Assembly: GCA_012295275.1 (NCBI GenBank)
Contig: CM022670.1
Span: 22,692,001 to 22,756,000, forward strand
DNA from: Chrysomallon squamiferum
Lineage: Eukaryota; Animalia; Mollusca
Length of the DNA stretch: 64,000 bases
Direction: 5' to 3'
In this document: in pieces, positions 49,878 to 63,891 of the stretch
Numbering within the stretch: the first letter of the stretch is position 1
Layout: the number at the start of each line of letters is the position of its first letter
The notes under the pieces: generated by a model
The model's input: the letters and a program-made list of their open reading frames with translations, nothing else
Databases searched by the model: none
What the model was told of the DNA's origin: nothing
Program-made: the position numbers and the translations under genes

Positions 49878-50613
49878 TAAAAAAATAATAATTATAAAAA
49901 TTAAAATTAAATGAAAGACAAAAGAAAAAGAAACATAAACAAAACAAAATAAAGACAATATTTAGGAGTTCCACTTAGATTTCAATAATAAATATTAAAA
50001 TTACGATATATGAAAATGTATTTATCCCTTAATTTTGCTGTAACTCAGATAAACTTTCTTAGTTTCTTTTTGACTGTTTAAAATTGCAGGGGAAGATGAA
50101 GCAATTCAGACAGCTAACCGGTTTCTCGTGTTAAAATCTGTCAATCTGAATGGAATGGGTGAAGGACAGTTTACGATTAAGTCCGAGTTCAAAAGGTAAA
50201 TCTTTCTGTGGTCTGAATGAATTAACGCGTAAGTATGTATTTCGTTCGGAAAAAATTACTTGAACTTTCTAAGGTTAAAAATGAAGTTAAAAAAAAAAAA
50301 AAAAAAAGACAAAAACAAACCATGATAGCTTTATTACTGTATTTATTTATTTATTTATTTAATAATAATAATAATAATAATAAAAAATAATAAATACATT
50401 AATAAAAAAAAATAATTAAAAAATAAATTAATTATAATAAATTAATTGTAAAATATATTCAGTTTTAAATTAAAATTAAAAAAAGAAATAATACAGTAAA
50501 TTAATTATAATTTGTAAATTGTGTTTCTTTACAGTTTTGTGAATTTAATTATTTATTGATAAAAAATAACAATATCTACAATAATAATAGTAGTAGTAAG
50601 TAATAATAAAATA

Positions 50614-50659
<46 letters not shown>

Positions 50660-52236
50660 GTAGTAGTGGTAGTAGTATATTCTTTATTTTAACATTATTA
50701 TTTGTGTGGTTTTTTTGTTTGTGATATTTTATGGTTGTCACTGGTGCTGTTGTCGTGATAGTGACGGTGAGATAATTAAAATAATGACATTCTGTTGTAA
50801 GATATATAATGATATATAATTTTACATCCACGGCGCACTTTAGACCGCAATAAATATGTAGGCATGTTCATGTCACAGACTGCGATTATGCTGATGATCA
50901 TGTTACCAACATCGATTATACTGATTATGGCGATGATACTGATAAATATCACTCCCAACGCCGATTATCGAGGATATGGACTTCAACAAGACCCGCTTAA
51001 AACGACTATATGTTTAGTTAGCTGTGTCATTTTATGAATAAAAAAAGATTAAAAAAAAAAAAAAAAAAAAAAATTAAATTAAATTAAATTAAAATTAAAT
51101 AAGTATACGGTGAATAATTACACTCATTAAATTTCTGCTAACTTCGTAATTTCAATTTTCTTTCATCCGCGTAGGCTAGGTGTGGCATCTTTAGTTGATG
51201 TGGAGGAAATCTGTGAATTTTTTTACAAAATCGGCTTTCAGACGTTTCTTTATTACCAAAATAAAGTTACGAGTTTTGAGATACTGGGCAAATATTACAT
51301 TTTACTGCAGTTATATATTCGTGAATTTGTTAATTTTGTGTCTTGTAATTAAATGCTTTGAAATTTTATTCCTAGTCCTTTTAACGCTTATTCAGTAACG
51401 TGAATTTTTTTTTTACGAAAATGTTATTAAATCTTTAGTTAATGTTTCTACATATTAATTAGCCTAATAATTATTTACTAGTTTTCTGTCTTTCTTTCGT
51501 TAATTAACTTTTGCTATATTCATCAGCCTGATGGCTTTATGTGTCTGTTTACTAGACGGTATAAATATTTATGTGTAAACTACAGGTGTAATGTGTACAT
51601 TATTATTATTACTGTTGAAAATGTGTTACCAAAAGTGTCCAGTGAAAGTGAAATCCCACGCAGACTGTATTTGGCAAGGTGTTACACATTGTTATTGAAA
51701 TGACTCGACAGCTGCTGGGGTATCGGGCACTCTATAAAACCCCACAATTTACTCGTTATGTTTCATTAAAGTGCGTCATACCTTCGATACCTGGTTATTA
51801 TCAAATAGTGGACTCAACAGCAGATAAAAAATATTCCGATTTGCAGTTTTATTATCAGTGAGTAAAAGTTTTAATTTAAAAACGTTTCTTTCTCGTCTTT
51901 TTTTTTTTTTTTTTTTTTTTATATATATATTTCTTACATTTATACATCTCTATTACTTTATTTCAGCTCAGAGAATAAGCACTGACCCTAAGAACTAACA
52001 TTCAGTAATTTTCTGCAATTGGTTCTTTATATTTCTACAAGGGCACCTAATTTGTTTTTCCTTTCCAATGTACATTAGTTACAAGTTAAATAAAAAGATT
52101 ACTCTTACCTAGGTCCTTGCACATTATTTGGTAACATCCATCCCTTTAAGTAATATTTAAAACCACATCGATTAAGAGGAGCAGCGGGACAAATGGGGAA
52201 GGAGATTTAAAAAGTTAAATAGATTTTTAAAGGGTT

Positions 52237-52269
<33 letters not shown>

Positions 52270-52989
52270 TTATTCATATTTATCATTGTTTCTTATCTAG
52301 GTTGCAACTGGTCAGTACTCTAATTTAAATAAAAGTTCATATAAATGAACACGGTATGACGTACTTTGGACCAAATGGACCCGATTCATTTCATTTTCTC
52401 TTTTTTTTAACACAAGTGATTATATATAATGGGAAATAGATATTTTTGCAGTTTAGTTTAGTTTGCATATATTATTTCATATGTAAAATAAATAAGCGCA
52501 CTTCTGTCACCCAGAACATTTTAATAATGGCAAATAGAGTTGTAGGCTTTGTAAAGTTAAAATATCTCCAAAGTATAAACACAACCGGCCCTTTTTCATT
52601 GCATTTTCATTTGTTTCTTCTCAGCTGTTCAAACGCGATAAATGAGTAAGTTTCTTATAAATTTAAAAAAAAAAAAAAAAAAAAAAACTGCAATTTAATT
52701 CGTTATGGCTTTTAGGATATCAAATGAATATAATATTCTGATTTAATTATTTATTTTGGGTAAAAACATGACATACGAAATAATGTGCATGGGTACGCAT
52801 AAACATAGTATTTATGTACAAAAGTTTATATATGTTTAGACAGGTGAATAAGTGTTATATAAAAAATATCGAAACATTGAACCTTTGATTTATCTTACTG
52901 TGTCATTTGGTCATGGCATGATTGTTATATGGTTTCTAACATAAACTTTTGAAGACAGACACACACTTCGAACCATATGTAAACGATCA

Positions 52990-53165
52990 TTCATTGGTGC
53001 TTGCGATCGTGCGATTATGTGAGCTGATTTTAGTTGCAAGTGTTAGGAGATTTTTGATTGGTTCAAAGCACCAGACACGTGCATTTCCGCTGTTTGATGC
53101 TTAGCAGACAGCTGAAGGTTTCACGTTGTTAAGTTACGTTCGCCTCTTAAGATATTTTTGATCCT
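52990..53165 (+). promoter_or_regulatory. Probable HMGCS promoter and non-coding first exon
   Basis: Two inverted CCAAT boxes (ATTGG at 52993 and 53057), E-box CACGTG at 53076-53081, local CpG enrichment, and a strong donor |gtgagt after 53165 that could splice to the acceptor tttcag| at 54241, 22 nt before the ATG. Confidence 0.6.
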
Positions 53166-54263
53166 GTGAGTATAACATTTAATTAAAGATGCTTTGCATG
53201 ATATTTTATTATTACACTAATCATTTGAGAACCTGACATCCGAAAGCTGTTGTTTCTGTTTTAAGAAATATAACTGTTAATCGTAATACAATCGATGAGT
53301 GTGAATAATAATCGTAATACTACATAGAGGTAACTAGTGCAGATTGTCACCGTGTAATATGTTGCTTGAATATGCATAGTTTCATGAAAGAACAGGCACA
53401 TCGTAAAAAAAATCTGATATAAAAGCAACATGTCAACTGCTAACACATTGTCACATGGCATCTTACTGTCAAGCCTGAAATGTATTTATATACTTTGTCT
53501 TAGTTCAAGGTTCGGGTGACTGGTTTCTGCACTAATAGTAACCCCTGCGTCGGTGCTTAATAATAATAACAACACTGAGCTTAGTAACCTGACGGTAACG
53601 TAACTTACTACTGTTGCATCAAAGTCAGATTATGTTAATAGTTCAGTAGTTACAAATCACAATATATAGATTGTTTCAACAACGTATTCAACACGGTATT
53701 GACTGAATGATAATCTATTCCGTATTCAGAGATTTCATTGGTCCACTGTAGTACTGGGTTTTATCTAAAAACTTAAAATATTTGCCTGAGGGTGGCAGTC
53801 CCACCTTCTGTCAAAAATGTATAGCTCATCAAGTTAATCATTCCAATAATGATACAATTAATTTTGACTAACAAATATAGAAATAGTACCCCAAAATTTA
53901 AATTGTATCTCCTTCATCTGTTTTTGTTTTTTTTTTTTTTTTTTTTATATATTTTTTTTTTTATTATTATTATTCTTTTATCACTCTTTTTAGAAACATC
54001 TGTAGATATTTTATTATTTTATTTAAATTCCTAAGCTGACATGAAATATAGTTTAAAAACATTTTTCATGGATAAACAAGTAAAAACTGTAATGTGAGAA
54101 ATTTCTTTATCATTGGTGTCCAGTTTAGCCCACATTATTTTAAAGAAATTTTGAAGTACATTTGATGTACATCTATTTTGTGAACTTTGTTTAAAAATTC
54201 CAAAAATCAGTATTTGTTTTATATCAATATTCCAATTTCAGCTCAAACCACATAAAAACAAAA

Positions 54264-56113
54264 ATGCCAAGTTCATCAGCCAAAGATAGGCAGGGTTGGC
54301 CTGAAGATGTGGGAATCATTGCTATGGAGGTTTACTTCCCATCACAATATGTGGACCAGACAGAACTGGAGCAGTTTGATGGTGTTTCTGCAGGCAAATA
54401 CACAATTGGTCTCGGACAGGCCAAGATGGGCTTCTGTACAGACCGTGAAGACATTAGCACTTTGTGCCTTACAGTGGTCCAAAAGCTGATGGACAGAAAT
54501 GCTGTATCATATTCAGACATTGGAAGACTAGAAGTTGGCACTGAGACATTAATTGACAAATCAAAAAGTGTGAAAACTATTTTAATGCAGCTTTTTGAAG
54601 AGAGCGGTAATACTAATATTGAAGGTATTGACACAACTAATGCATGTTATGGAGGAACAGCAGCTCTGTTTAATGCAGTCAACTGGATTGAATCAAGTTC
54701 ATGGGATGGTACATCAAATTTTTACATCAATTTCATAATTTATTTAGTTTTAAATTTAATTTTCGTCAAAAGAAACAAAATCTTTTTTTATTTTCTTTAA
54801 ATATGAAAAAAATATATATCTGTTTTCTTTAATAATTCACAAGTGTTTTGCCACACAATATTTCATGCATAATTTATCATATTTCAATTTGACCATTTAT
54901 CATTCTATTATTGGGACTGTTATAATAACAAATGTTAGATGACATTAGATATACAGTTAGCAGCTGTCTGTTATGTATATTTATAAGTAGTTAATTAAAT
55001 CAGTGAAGCAGATGCTAACAAGAAGTTTATTTTGCTTTTGTTTAAACTCTTTATGTATTTATGCAATTATTCAGCATCACAGGTGAACTGTTTAACAGCT
55101 GTCAGAAATGTATTAATTCTTTCTAAATTTTATTATCTAATGTATTGAACTTGTTTGTTCATTTCCTTCAGTTTCATGACAGATATTTGCCATGTTAGTT
55201 ACTAATTATAATATTCAAATTTTATTCATTGTATGATACTTCTTTATACATTTACTGAAATACCTTCAATCTTATCTAATCTTTACACATAAAACATGAT
55301 TTAAAGTTTATTAATTTTTTGTTTCCAGGCCGCTATGCTGTTGTAGTAGCAGGTGATATTGCAGTGTATGCTACTGGAAATGCAAGGTGCACTGGAGGTG
55401 CTGGAGCTGTTGCCATGCTTGTAGGCCCAAACGCCAGTCTTGTTCCTAGACAGAGGTAATTTGCATAAACTGCTTCTGAATTTAAGCAGTGGTTTAAATG
55501 CTGTCAGGATTAATGTTTTCAAAATATCAATTATTATTTTTATATGTAGGTATAATTATTTTTTTTTTTTTCTGATACTGCAAAAAATATATGGGATTGG
55601 CAAGACATGCATAAATTTGTTTTAAGCATTTTATTTCTATACTAGTAGAAAAATGGCTTTGAAATTTATAATGCCTTGCTTTTATGACTAAGTAACAGAC
55701 ATTTGAGACCATCCTTAAAAAAAAAAAAAAAGCACATTAAATGTAGACCAATTTAATGACATTTTGTTAAAACAAGATACAAGAAAGCCTCGGTAAAGAG
55801 AAGTATGAATGTGTAAAACAAATTTTGAATATCACAAGGCTAGTGACACATCTCTAACATTTTTCAGGGGTTAAAGGAACACATATGCAGCATGTCTATG
55901 ACTTCTACAAACCAGATATGGCATCTGAATATCCCACAGTAGATGGCAAACTGTCAATCCAGTGTTATCTGCATTCTCTAGACAAGTGTTTTCAGATTTA
56001 CAGTGACAGAGCTAGAACATCTGGTATAACAGGTGACACGAAAATTAAACTCTCATTTGCAAAATCAGTTTTTTAAATCTTTTATATTCTTTGGTTTCTA
56101 TGGTGATAATTAT

Positions 56114-56184
<71 letters not shown>

Positions 56185-58814
56185 TTTAATGTTTATAGGC
56201 AGATTATTTGTTTATTTTCAATAAAGCTTGTTCTTAATCATGAAAAAATTAGCTTGAAACTGAAATATCTGCTAAATGACAGCAGCTCTCTCCAGTATAG
56301 TATCTCTTTAATGTTAAAAACAACCTATGTGTATGTCAGTTCAGTTGGAAGTGTTGTTGTTCATTCTTTATTTTATATTTTAAATTATTTTACAAACAGG
56401 ACAAAGTACACTGGATTCTGTGGATGCCTTTCTGTTTCATTCACCGTACTGTAAGCTTGTTCAAAAATCTCTGGCCCGACTGATGCTGAATGATTTTCTG
56501 AAAGACCCTAATCCTGACTTTGAAGGCAAATATGCTGGTTTAGAAGCATTCAAGTAAGAAATTTTACAAATAAAGGTACTTCAGATGCTGTTTTATATCT
56601 ACAGCGGAGTCACAACCTTATTAAAATTATTCTTCAAAAGAAAGTTGTTCCGATTTTTAAAATGTCAAAACTGACATAGGTTAATACCAACATTTGCATA
56701 ATCATAACAAATTAATTTTACATAATCACTTATTCACTTTTTAATGACTTAAATAAATATCTTGAATATTAACCAATCCTGTTTCTAAATTTATTATTAT
56801 CAGTGCAATTATTTAGTTATTTATTAGTATGGAGTTCTAGGTATAAATATAATAAGCTGCGAACACCCATACACATATACACATTATGACTGGCTGATGT
56901 AAAATATATTTTCACCTGATGAAGACCTCATAATATAGTAATATATATATATAACATTTTGTTTTTTGTTTTTCAATGTTTCTATAGAGAAGTTAAACTG
57001 GAAGGAAGTTATTTTGACAAATCTGTGGAGACAGCCTTTGTAAATGCTAGCAAAGCTTTATTTGAGAAGAAAACCAAACCCTCACTACTTCTTGCAAACC
57101 AAGTTGGCAATATGTATACACCTTCTCTGTATGGAGGTTTGGCATCTTTTATTAGTCTGTGAGTATTGTGTCTGTTTATAATAATAATAACATAGTATGG
57201 TATAATGTTGCTAAGAAAACATCTTAAAGATAACTTTTATTTTCAATAGTATCATTTTAATATTGTGATAAATTGTTAAAGGTGATATATTTAGAATATA
57301 ACAACCTTACACGTGAAATTCACAGATCTCGGTGGATAAAACTCTATAATAAAACAGCGATTGTGTAATCAGCATGAAACTGAGTTTTTATTTAAAAGAT
57401 AAACCTGTATTCTTAAATGATGCATTAAACCTTACTTCACTAAAAAATGATTTTGTTTAAATATTTATAAATGCTCATTCCAGTCATACTGCTGAACAGA
57501 TAGCTGGGAAGAGAGCTGTTCTCTTTTCTTATGGCTCTGGCTTAGCCTCTTCCATGTTTTCCATTCGAGTAACTGATGACCTTTCACCTGACTCTGGCAT
57601 ACACAAGCTGATCAGCAGTCTTAGTGACTTGAAACTTCGCCTGGACAGCAGAATAAAGGTTGATCCTTTGGACTTTGACAAGACAATGAAACTTAGAGAA
57701 CAGACACATCATCTAGGTAATGAAATTTTTAAATTAAAAAAAAAAATCTTAGCGATAGTATCTGAACAGTTTTTTAAGTTCAGCATATTACAAAAATCTG
57801 ATTAGAAAAGTATAACTGTTGACATGATTAAATGCAGGTTTGATAATGCTGGTGGAAAAATTAAGTAGTTAATAATTAATGGTTGATTGTGATTTTACAT
57901 TAGCTTATGCTAACAATGATACTTAATAGTGTGAAAAATGCTAAGTAAATTAAAGGTTTCTTTTGGATTTGAGTTTAGACATATTCAGACAGTTTTAATT
58001 AATTTATGTCCTCACAGCTATTTATAATGTTACTAATTTGTTTCTAACTATTTCTTTAGCTCCTTACACACCTGTAGGACCAACTGAAACTCTGTTTCCT
58101 GGCACTTGGTATCTTTCTGAAGTGGACGGCATGCACAGAAGGAAGTATAAAAGAGTTTACCCCATCGGGGATGCTGCTTCAATACGTGGCTCTACTGATG
58201 TAAGAAAACAGGCATATTGTTTGTTATAAAAATTATTTTTGAACTTAATCTTGAATTAGAATTTTATTTTTATTTTCTGTTTCAAGTAAGAAGTAAATGA
58301 TAACTAAAATTAATTGTGGAAATAAATCTATTAAATGCATATAGTAATTAACTACAATGTAAAATTTAGTGATAAAGATCAGAGACTTAAACAGTAAAGT
58401 GGTATTATTATTGTTTAAGAAAATTCTGTGACTTTATATAAACCTGAATTGTAGAGTGAAAAATATTAAATTAAAACAGGTTTAGTCTTGTATACCTGCC
58501 ATGTGCTTCATGTAAAAAAAAGTTTTCCTTATCAAGAGTTGTTCCCCTTTAGGTGTCTATGCATTTTATTATTATTATTTTTTTTTTTTTTCAATTAAAA
58601 AATATAATAATAAAAAATAAGAATTCACTTTTATTTCAGCATTACCTAATAAATGCATAAAACTCAAAATAATGCAAAATGATATGTTACATTTAACTTT
58701 TATAACTTGTAAGAAAGAATCTTTTATGAACTTAACTTTTTTTCTGTTTTTCAGATGAAAAAGTCATCAAAAGTAGATGATTCAACCTTGACCACATCAT
58801 TACCTGTTAATTAA
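54264..58814 (+). CDS. HMGCS1: Hydroxymethylglutaryl-CoA synthase, cytosolic type; 1-nt frameshift in coding exon 2 as assembled
   Basis: Exons 54264-54708, 55329-55455, 55868-56032, 56400-56553, 56988-57158, 57484-57716, 58060-58199, 58755-58814 (TAA). Motifs: [32 protein letters not shown] (catalytic Glu), [14 protein letters not shown] (catalytic Cys), [12 protein letters not shown] (catalytic His), [25 protein letters not shown]. No mitochondrial presequence. The last exon is the least certain. Confidence 0.96.
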
Positions 58815-59485
58815 AAATTAAATTCTTGCTCATACTCTGTAATATAAAATGTAAGGGAAAGGTTACACATAAATGATCATGTACACTGGCATTAACCTAA
58901 CAGAACTATTATTTACTTTACAAAACATACATGTGTTCTTCATTATTCTGTGAAATGATCATTGCTGGATTATTCTTAATGGATATATATTTTTTTAATT
59001 TCATAATAAGTTTGTTCAGATGTCAATTGAAAGTCACTTCTAAATACAGGATAATTTTATAAACACACCTGTCAGCTAGTGTGTTTTACAGAGGATTTTC
59101 TTTTTACATAATCTGATATTTGTATTCACTGAAAACACATAGAGTAATGTAATATTTTCCTTAATGTATTGCGGCAAAATAATAAAAACATTTTTAATAA
59201 CATCCATTCAGAAAATTCTGTATGTTTTTTCTGTCGTATATTTTTCAATTCAGTTAATGTGGGAGCCAAAATTTATTCCAGTTATTGTATTTTTGGCAGA
59301 TGTTAATCTTTGTTTTAAATTTTTTATTTTATTTTACTCAGTGCAGAGCAGCTTGAGATATTATGTAAACTTAAATATTGTATGTCTGGTCCTTAATCCA
59401 GCATTTTGTGTTCTTTGTTGATTAGATTATAGTCCTTTATCGTTTTACCATACTGTTTACATGAGTTCATGTATAAGATAATATG

Positions 59486-59516
<31 letters not shown>

Positions 59517-62500
59517 TAGTGTGCATGTGTGCATGCATGTGTTTGTGAGTGCATGTGCATGCATCTGCTGTACCTCAGATTTTATATAAAATAGTCTAAA
59601 AAAATATTTTAATCAACACATAATAAGTAAAGTTCATTTATTAATTTTTGTTGATTTTCAATGATTTGGTGTGAGCTGTCCTTAGACTAAGGTAAAGAAA
59701 AAAATATTCATTTTAAAATGATAGTAATCTGAAATATTGGTATAATATTAATAAACATATTTTTATTTATTTAATTTTTTTTTTTTTTCCCCACTATTTT
59801 GAAATTCTCTATTTGCCAGAACATTGTTGAATTTAATTTAAGTTAATTTGTTGAATAAACTCAACTGTAATTTTGTTTATATATTAAGTAAACATTTTGG
59901 TTTTAAATTAATAGATTAAGTTAATAAATACAGTATTAGCAAAACATCAGAAATTGCAAGAGATTTTTATTATTTTGCTGATTGTTATATGTAATCTGGA
60001 ATTTTTGTATGACAAAGTAGAAAAGAGTATTTATTATATTAGCATTTTCATCGGTGTATTGTAGCCAAAATATATATTGCCACCATTTTTAATCACACAT
60101 TTATATTTTTCCAGTAAATATTTTATTTTTTAATAAAGAGTAAAAATTCCAATTTAATAATGTATATGCTTGATATTATTATTAATATTTTGTTGTAAAA
60201 GAAATTAAATTTATAACTTGCAGAGTTTACTTTCTTTGTGTTCTACTGCTTTTTTCTTTCTGCATAAGTTCAACTTATTATGAGTATCTATTTTTATTTA
60301 AATTAAATCAGTTTTGCAGTAAACACTAATTAATTTTCATAACTGTATTATGAAGCAATGTAGATGATAGATAGATTTTATGCATTGTATTAAAAAATTT
60401 GAATTACAGCTTTCCAGAATTTATTTTACTAAAATTTTTACGTTTTGAGTTTCCTTCTTTTTTGTTGCTTATTTTCCACTTTCAGATTCCTATTATTTAT
60501 CTCTAGATTTTTTTTTTTTTTTGGTTCTTTTCATAAAAATGTTCATTAAAATGTTCATTTTAAATTGCTTTACAGTTATTTTTATACTTGTGTTCTTATT
60601 GTGACTCACTGAATGTATCAGGTGTCTAAAATGAATCAAAAAGTAGATGTAGTTACATTCATTTTTAATTTATTTTGTATTGTTGAATGCATAGTATACT
60701 TTTTAGAGTTTTATGCAGCATCTTCTCAGTGAAATGTTTCATGATGTGGATCAGTCTAAATAATTTAATTTTACTGTTTTTATAATCAGTTACAGGTTGC
60801 TCCACATCATGAATTTTATAGCTAAAATGTGAATGGCTTTATTTTAAAAAGAAGCAGTTTTATGTAGGCTTTAAATGAAGACGAGGTAAATATATTTATT
60901 AGCTGAATTCTGTTTATGTTGATTCCTAAATTGCATTTTACAGAACAATATTAAATTACCAAAGGCAAAATGAAAGTTTGTACTTCCTTCATCTTTACGC
61001 ACAAAAACCCACAGAAAAAAACAGTCTAACTTGCAATATGTCACTTGTCCATATACTGTTATTTTAGTTTTTGTTTTACTTTAACAACAAATATTTCATT
61101 CTTGGCAGTGAAATAGTACTTTAAATTCTTGCTTTAAACCATTAAAAATAATTATATTATTCTCTTCTTTTTTTTTTTCTTTTTTTTTTCATACATTTTC
61201 ATTTTTATTTTAAATTTAATCGAGATGGATTATAATACAAATAAAACTAAAATGGCAGTTACTGACCCAATTTAGTGTATAACGTTTTATATATTTTTTA
61301 ATTTGATGATATCTTTTGTGACAGTTTGATTGAAGTATTGCCTTATTAAAATGAACTATTTTTAATCATGTATATGTCTTATTTTTTCTTCAATTTTTTG
61401 TTTTACACACACACACACACAAAATGTCTAAACTTTAAATTCATACGAAATACATACACAGATTAGTACGAAAGAATTGCATTATAATGAGGAAAATTAT
61501 GACAATGAAACTGAACACTGTGGATGTTTTTTTCAGTTGTACTGAATCACTAATTTATGTTTATTATTAAAAATAGTAAATTAATAAATAAATAAAACGA
61601 AGTAACAAAGTAATGTATGCTTTAGAATATTTCTCATTGTTATCCTTAGACAGGTAATTCTATCTTTAACATGTATTTCTCGTAAACAGTCTTACCATTC
61701 ATTTTGCGTTTTTTTCTTTTCCCTGGTTAAATATTACAGGAAACTGCAATTTAGTGAATACGATCTCTGTTTTACATAACCTTTCATCATGTTAGAACAG
61801 GCAGTTCACTCATTAGAAAATTCAATTATTTCAGGATTTGATGTTTATTTGTTTTAAAACAATTTATTTTGTTTAAAGAGTTGCAGTTGGCGTTACATCG
61901 AGTTACATCATTAAACGAGTTCACAAAAAAAAAAAAAAAAAAAATTAACACTGACAAAATTGTTTTGTAAAACATTAATGATAAAGTTTTATTGCCCAGA
62001 ATTAATTTTCTTTTTATCATATGAATATTATTTATTCAGTCATCCATACATTAAATTCTAATCACCGTTTTCGTTTTTTGTAATTTGATTTACAGTTCAG
62101 CCAAACCTGATAGAAAACAAAATAATGAAAACGCATCAAATTCATTGGACTAGAAATAACAGTATATTTAATATTGTATATACTTAAGTAAAGGATATGC
62201 GTCTGGGGATGGGGGGAAATGTTATTACGAAATACAGGAAAATAACGCAACCAACCTTTACTAATACGTGACCATTCATTCATGATTGTACTGTATAATA
62301 ATAATATGCAAAAATGTCCATCTCCATGTCCAGTATAGAACCCATAATGACTTCAGACAATTACATAAATAAATATAAACATAAAAAACATCTGTAAAAA
62401 CATTGGTATTCTAATAACCCAACATTCAACTTCGTTGTTAAAAGTTGGTTGTTTAAATCACTGTAAAATTACTTTTCTCGTTTAAACATAACTCTTATCT

Positions 62501-62617
62501 TTTGTCAGGATTTACAAGACATTATTCGTGAATAAAACCACATAGTTGATGAAAATCATTTTTGTTGACATCTCACAATATTGTATATAAACAGTCCGAT
62601 GCTGACCAGACATTCTT

Positions 62618-63004
62618 TCAAAACCCTTTCATCCGAAGATGATTGCTCAGTTCTGTAATTTCGAATAGACAAGAACCAGGAGCGTCGAGATCCTTGAGTC
62701 CAACAACAAGGCAGTGAGAACATTTGACTGCTACAAGAATTTTATCATCCGCTCGCCCAACCAATGTTTCCACGTGATAACACGGTCGAAAACACGTGTA
62801 AACCGTGTTACAGAATTCCAACTTCGTCATGGCAGAATAATGGCTTGAGATAATTCCAATCAGTCCCATAATTTCGTCACTTTTAGCATCCCAGTTTGTA
62901 GTGCATACAAAAGTTTCAAAATCGGACGCTTTCAGATTAATTATCCCTACTGTATCGACATTTCCTCTTGTCATAAACGATATCAGCATATTTCGCCAAT
63001 TCAT
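62618..63004 (-). CDS. Divergent profilin-family protein (profilin-4-like), single coding exon, 128 aa
   Basis: Length and pattern fit profilin: MNW..L....GNVDTVGII (cf. MSW...L.GTG.V..AAI), LEFCNTVYTCFR (cf. G+.+.G.KY.C+R), LVGR, LVAVKCSHCLVVG (cf. V.VKT...L+V), and PGSCLFEITELSNHLRMKGF (cf. PG.C...VE.LADYL..KGY). Coding-like composition. Confidence 0.75.
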   Translation of the reverse strand: MNWRNMLISFMTRGNVDTVGIINLKASDFETFVCTTNWDAKSDEIMGLIGIISSHYSAMTKLEFCNTVYTCFRPCYHVETLVGRADDKILVAVKCSHCLVVGLKDLDAPGSCLFEITELSNHLRMKGF

Positions 63005-63185
63005 TATGAAAGTTTTATCACTTTTTTACTTTATCTCACGTTGTGTTAGATTTCAGTATTTCACAACTTTAAATACAAAGTTCCGAAAGTAAAAGAAAAA
63101 TAGTAAACGCTGTTCCCTTTAATCAGATGTTATTTCGTTTATTTCCAGCTTTGTCATTGTATACGCGTGTTTTATATGTTTATTT

Positions 63186-63196
63186 TGAGTCACGTG
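63186..63196. promoter_or_regulatory. Overlapping AP-1 (TGAGTCA) / E-box (CACGTG) motif ~185 bp upstream of the profilin-like ATG
   Basis: tgagtcacgtg in a locally CpG-rich stretch; motif match only. Confidence 0.3.
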
Positions 63197-63831
63197 GGTC
63201 TTCGTTACGTTTACTGAGAAAAACAGTGCATGGCCGTGCATAGATGAAATTCACAGTGATGACGAATAATTTCTGTGTAAGCCTGACAAACGATTAAGGT
63301 CAAAGTTGACCATCCTGCCGGTTTGTGTCCTCGTCGACACGATTAGATAAAGAGGACACAGGTATGCCAGTGGAAAAGGAAAACAGTATCCTGTTACGAC
63401 TGATTTTTAATCAACAACAGCAGTAAAATACACACCCATATACACTCAGATATATAAATACACATAAAATAATAAATAGGAGGATTAATTAAAACGCACA
63501 TAATCAACGATATTGGCTATTTTAAACATATAGGTATGTCTAATTAACTATCTGATTTAGGGGTGGATCGATCATTTCACAAAAGATAGGAGCATCTATT
63601 AATCTTGAAATAAAATGAGTTCCACTAAAAAGTAAATCTATCTAATCAGTTATAAATATTAACAACAACAACAACAACAATAAAACTTAAAATATATCTG
63701 GAAGGAAGACAAAAAAAAAAAAAAAAAAAAATACAATAAAATTTTAAAAAATACAAAAAATACAAAATAAGAAGAAAAAAAATAATAAAATAAATAAATA
63801 AATAAAATAATAAATAAATTAATTCATTTTA

Positions 63832-63832
<1 letters not shown>

Positions 63833-63890
<58 letters not shown>
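63833..63890. repeat. (AAT)n microsatellite
   Basis: Directly visible. Confidence 0.95.

Positions 63891-63891
<1 letters not shown>

Noticed and set aside
50948-50957. ATCACTCCCA as a sterol regulatory element
   Set aside because: Imperfect match to ATCACNCCAC, and single short motifs are expected by chance.
54332-54634. 100-aa antisense ORF (also 45399-45605 and 62901-63092)
   Set aside because: Shadow ORFs opposite real coding exons.
47876-55455. Programmed ribosomal frameshifting as a shared explanation for the indels
   Set aside because: The sites need different shift directions, lack a common slippery motif and sit in short homopolymers; consensus error is simpler.
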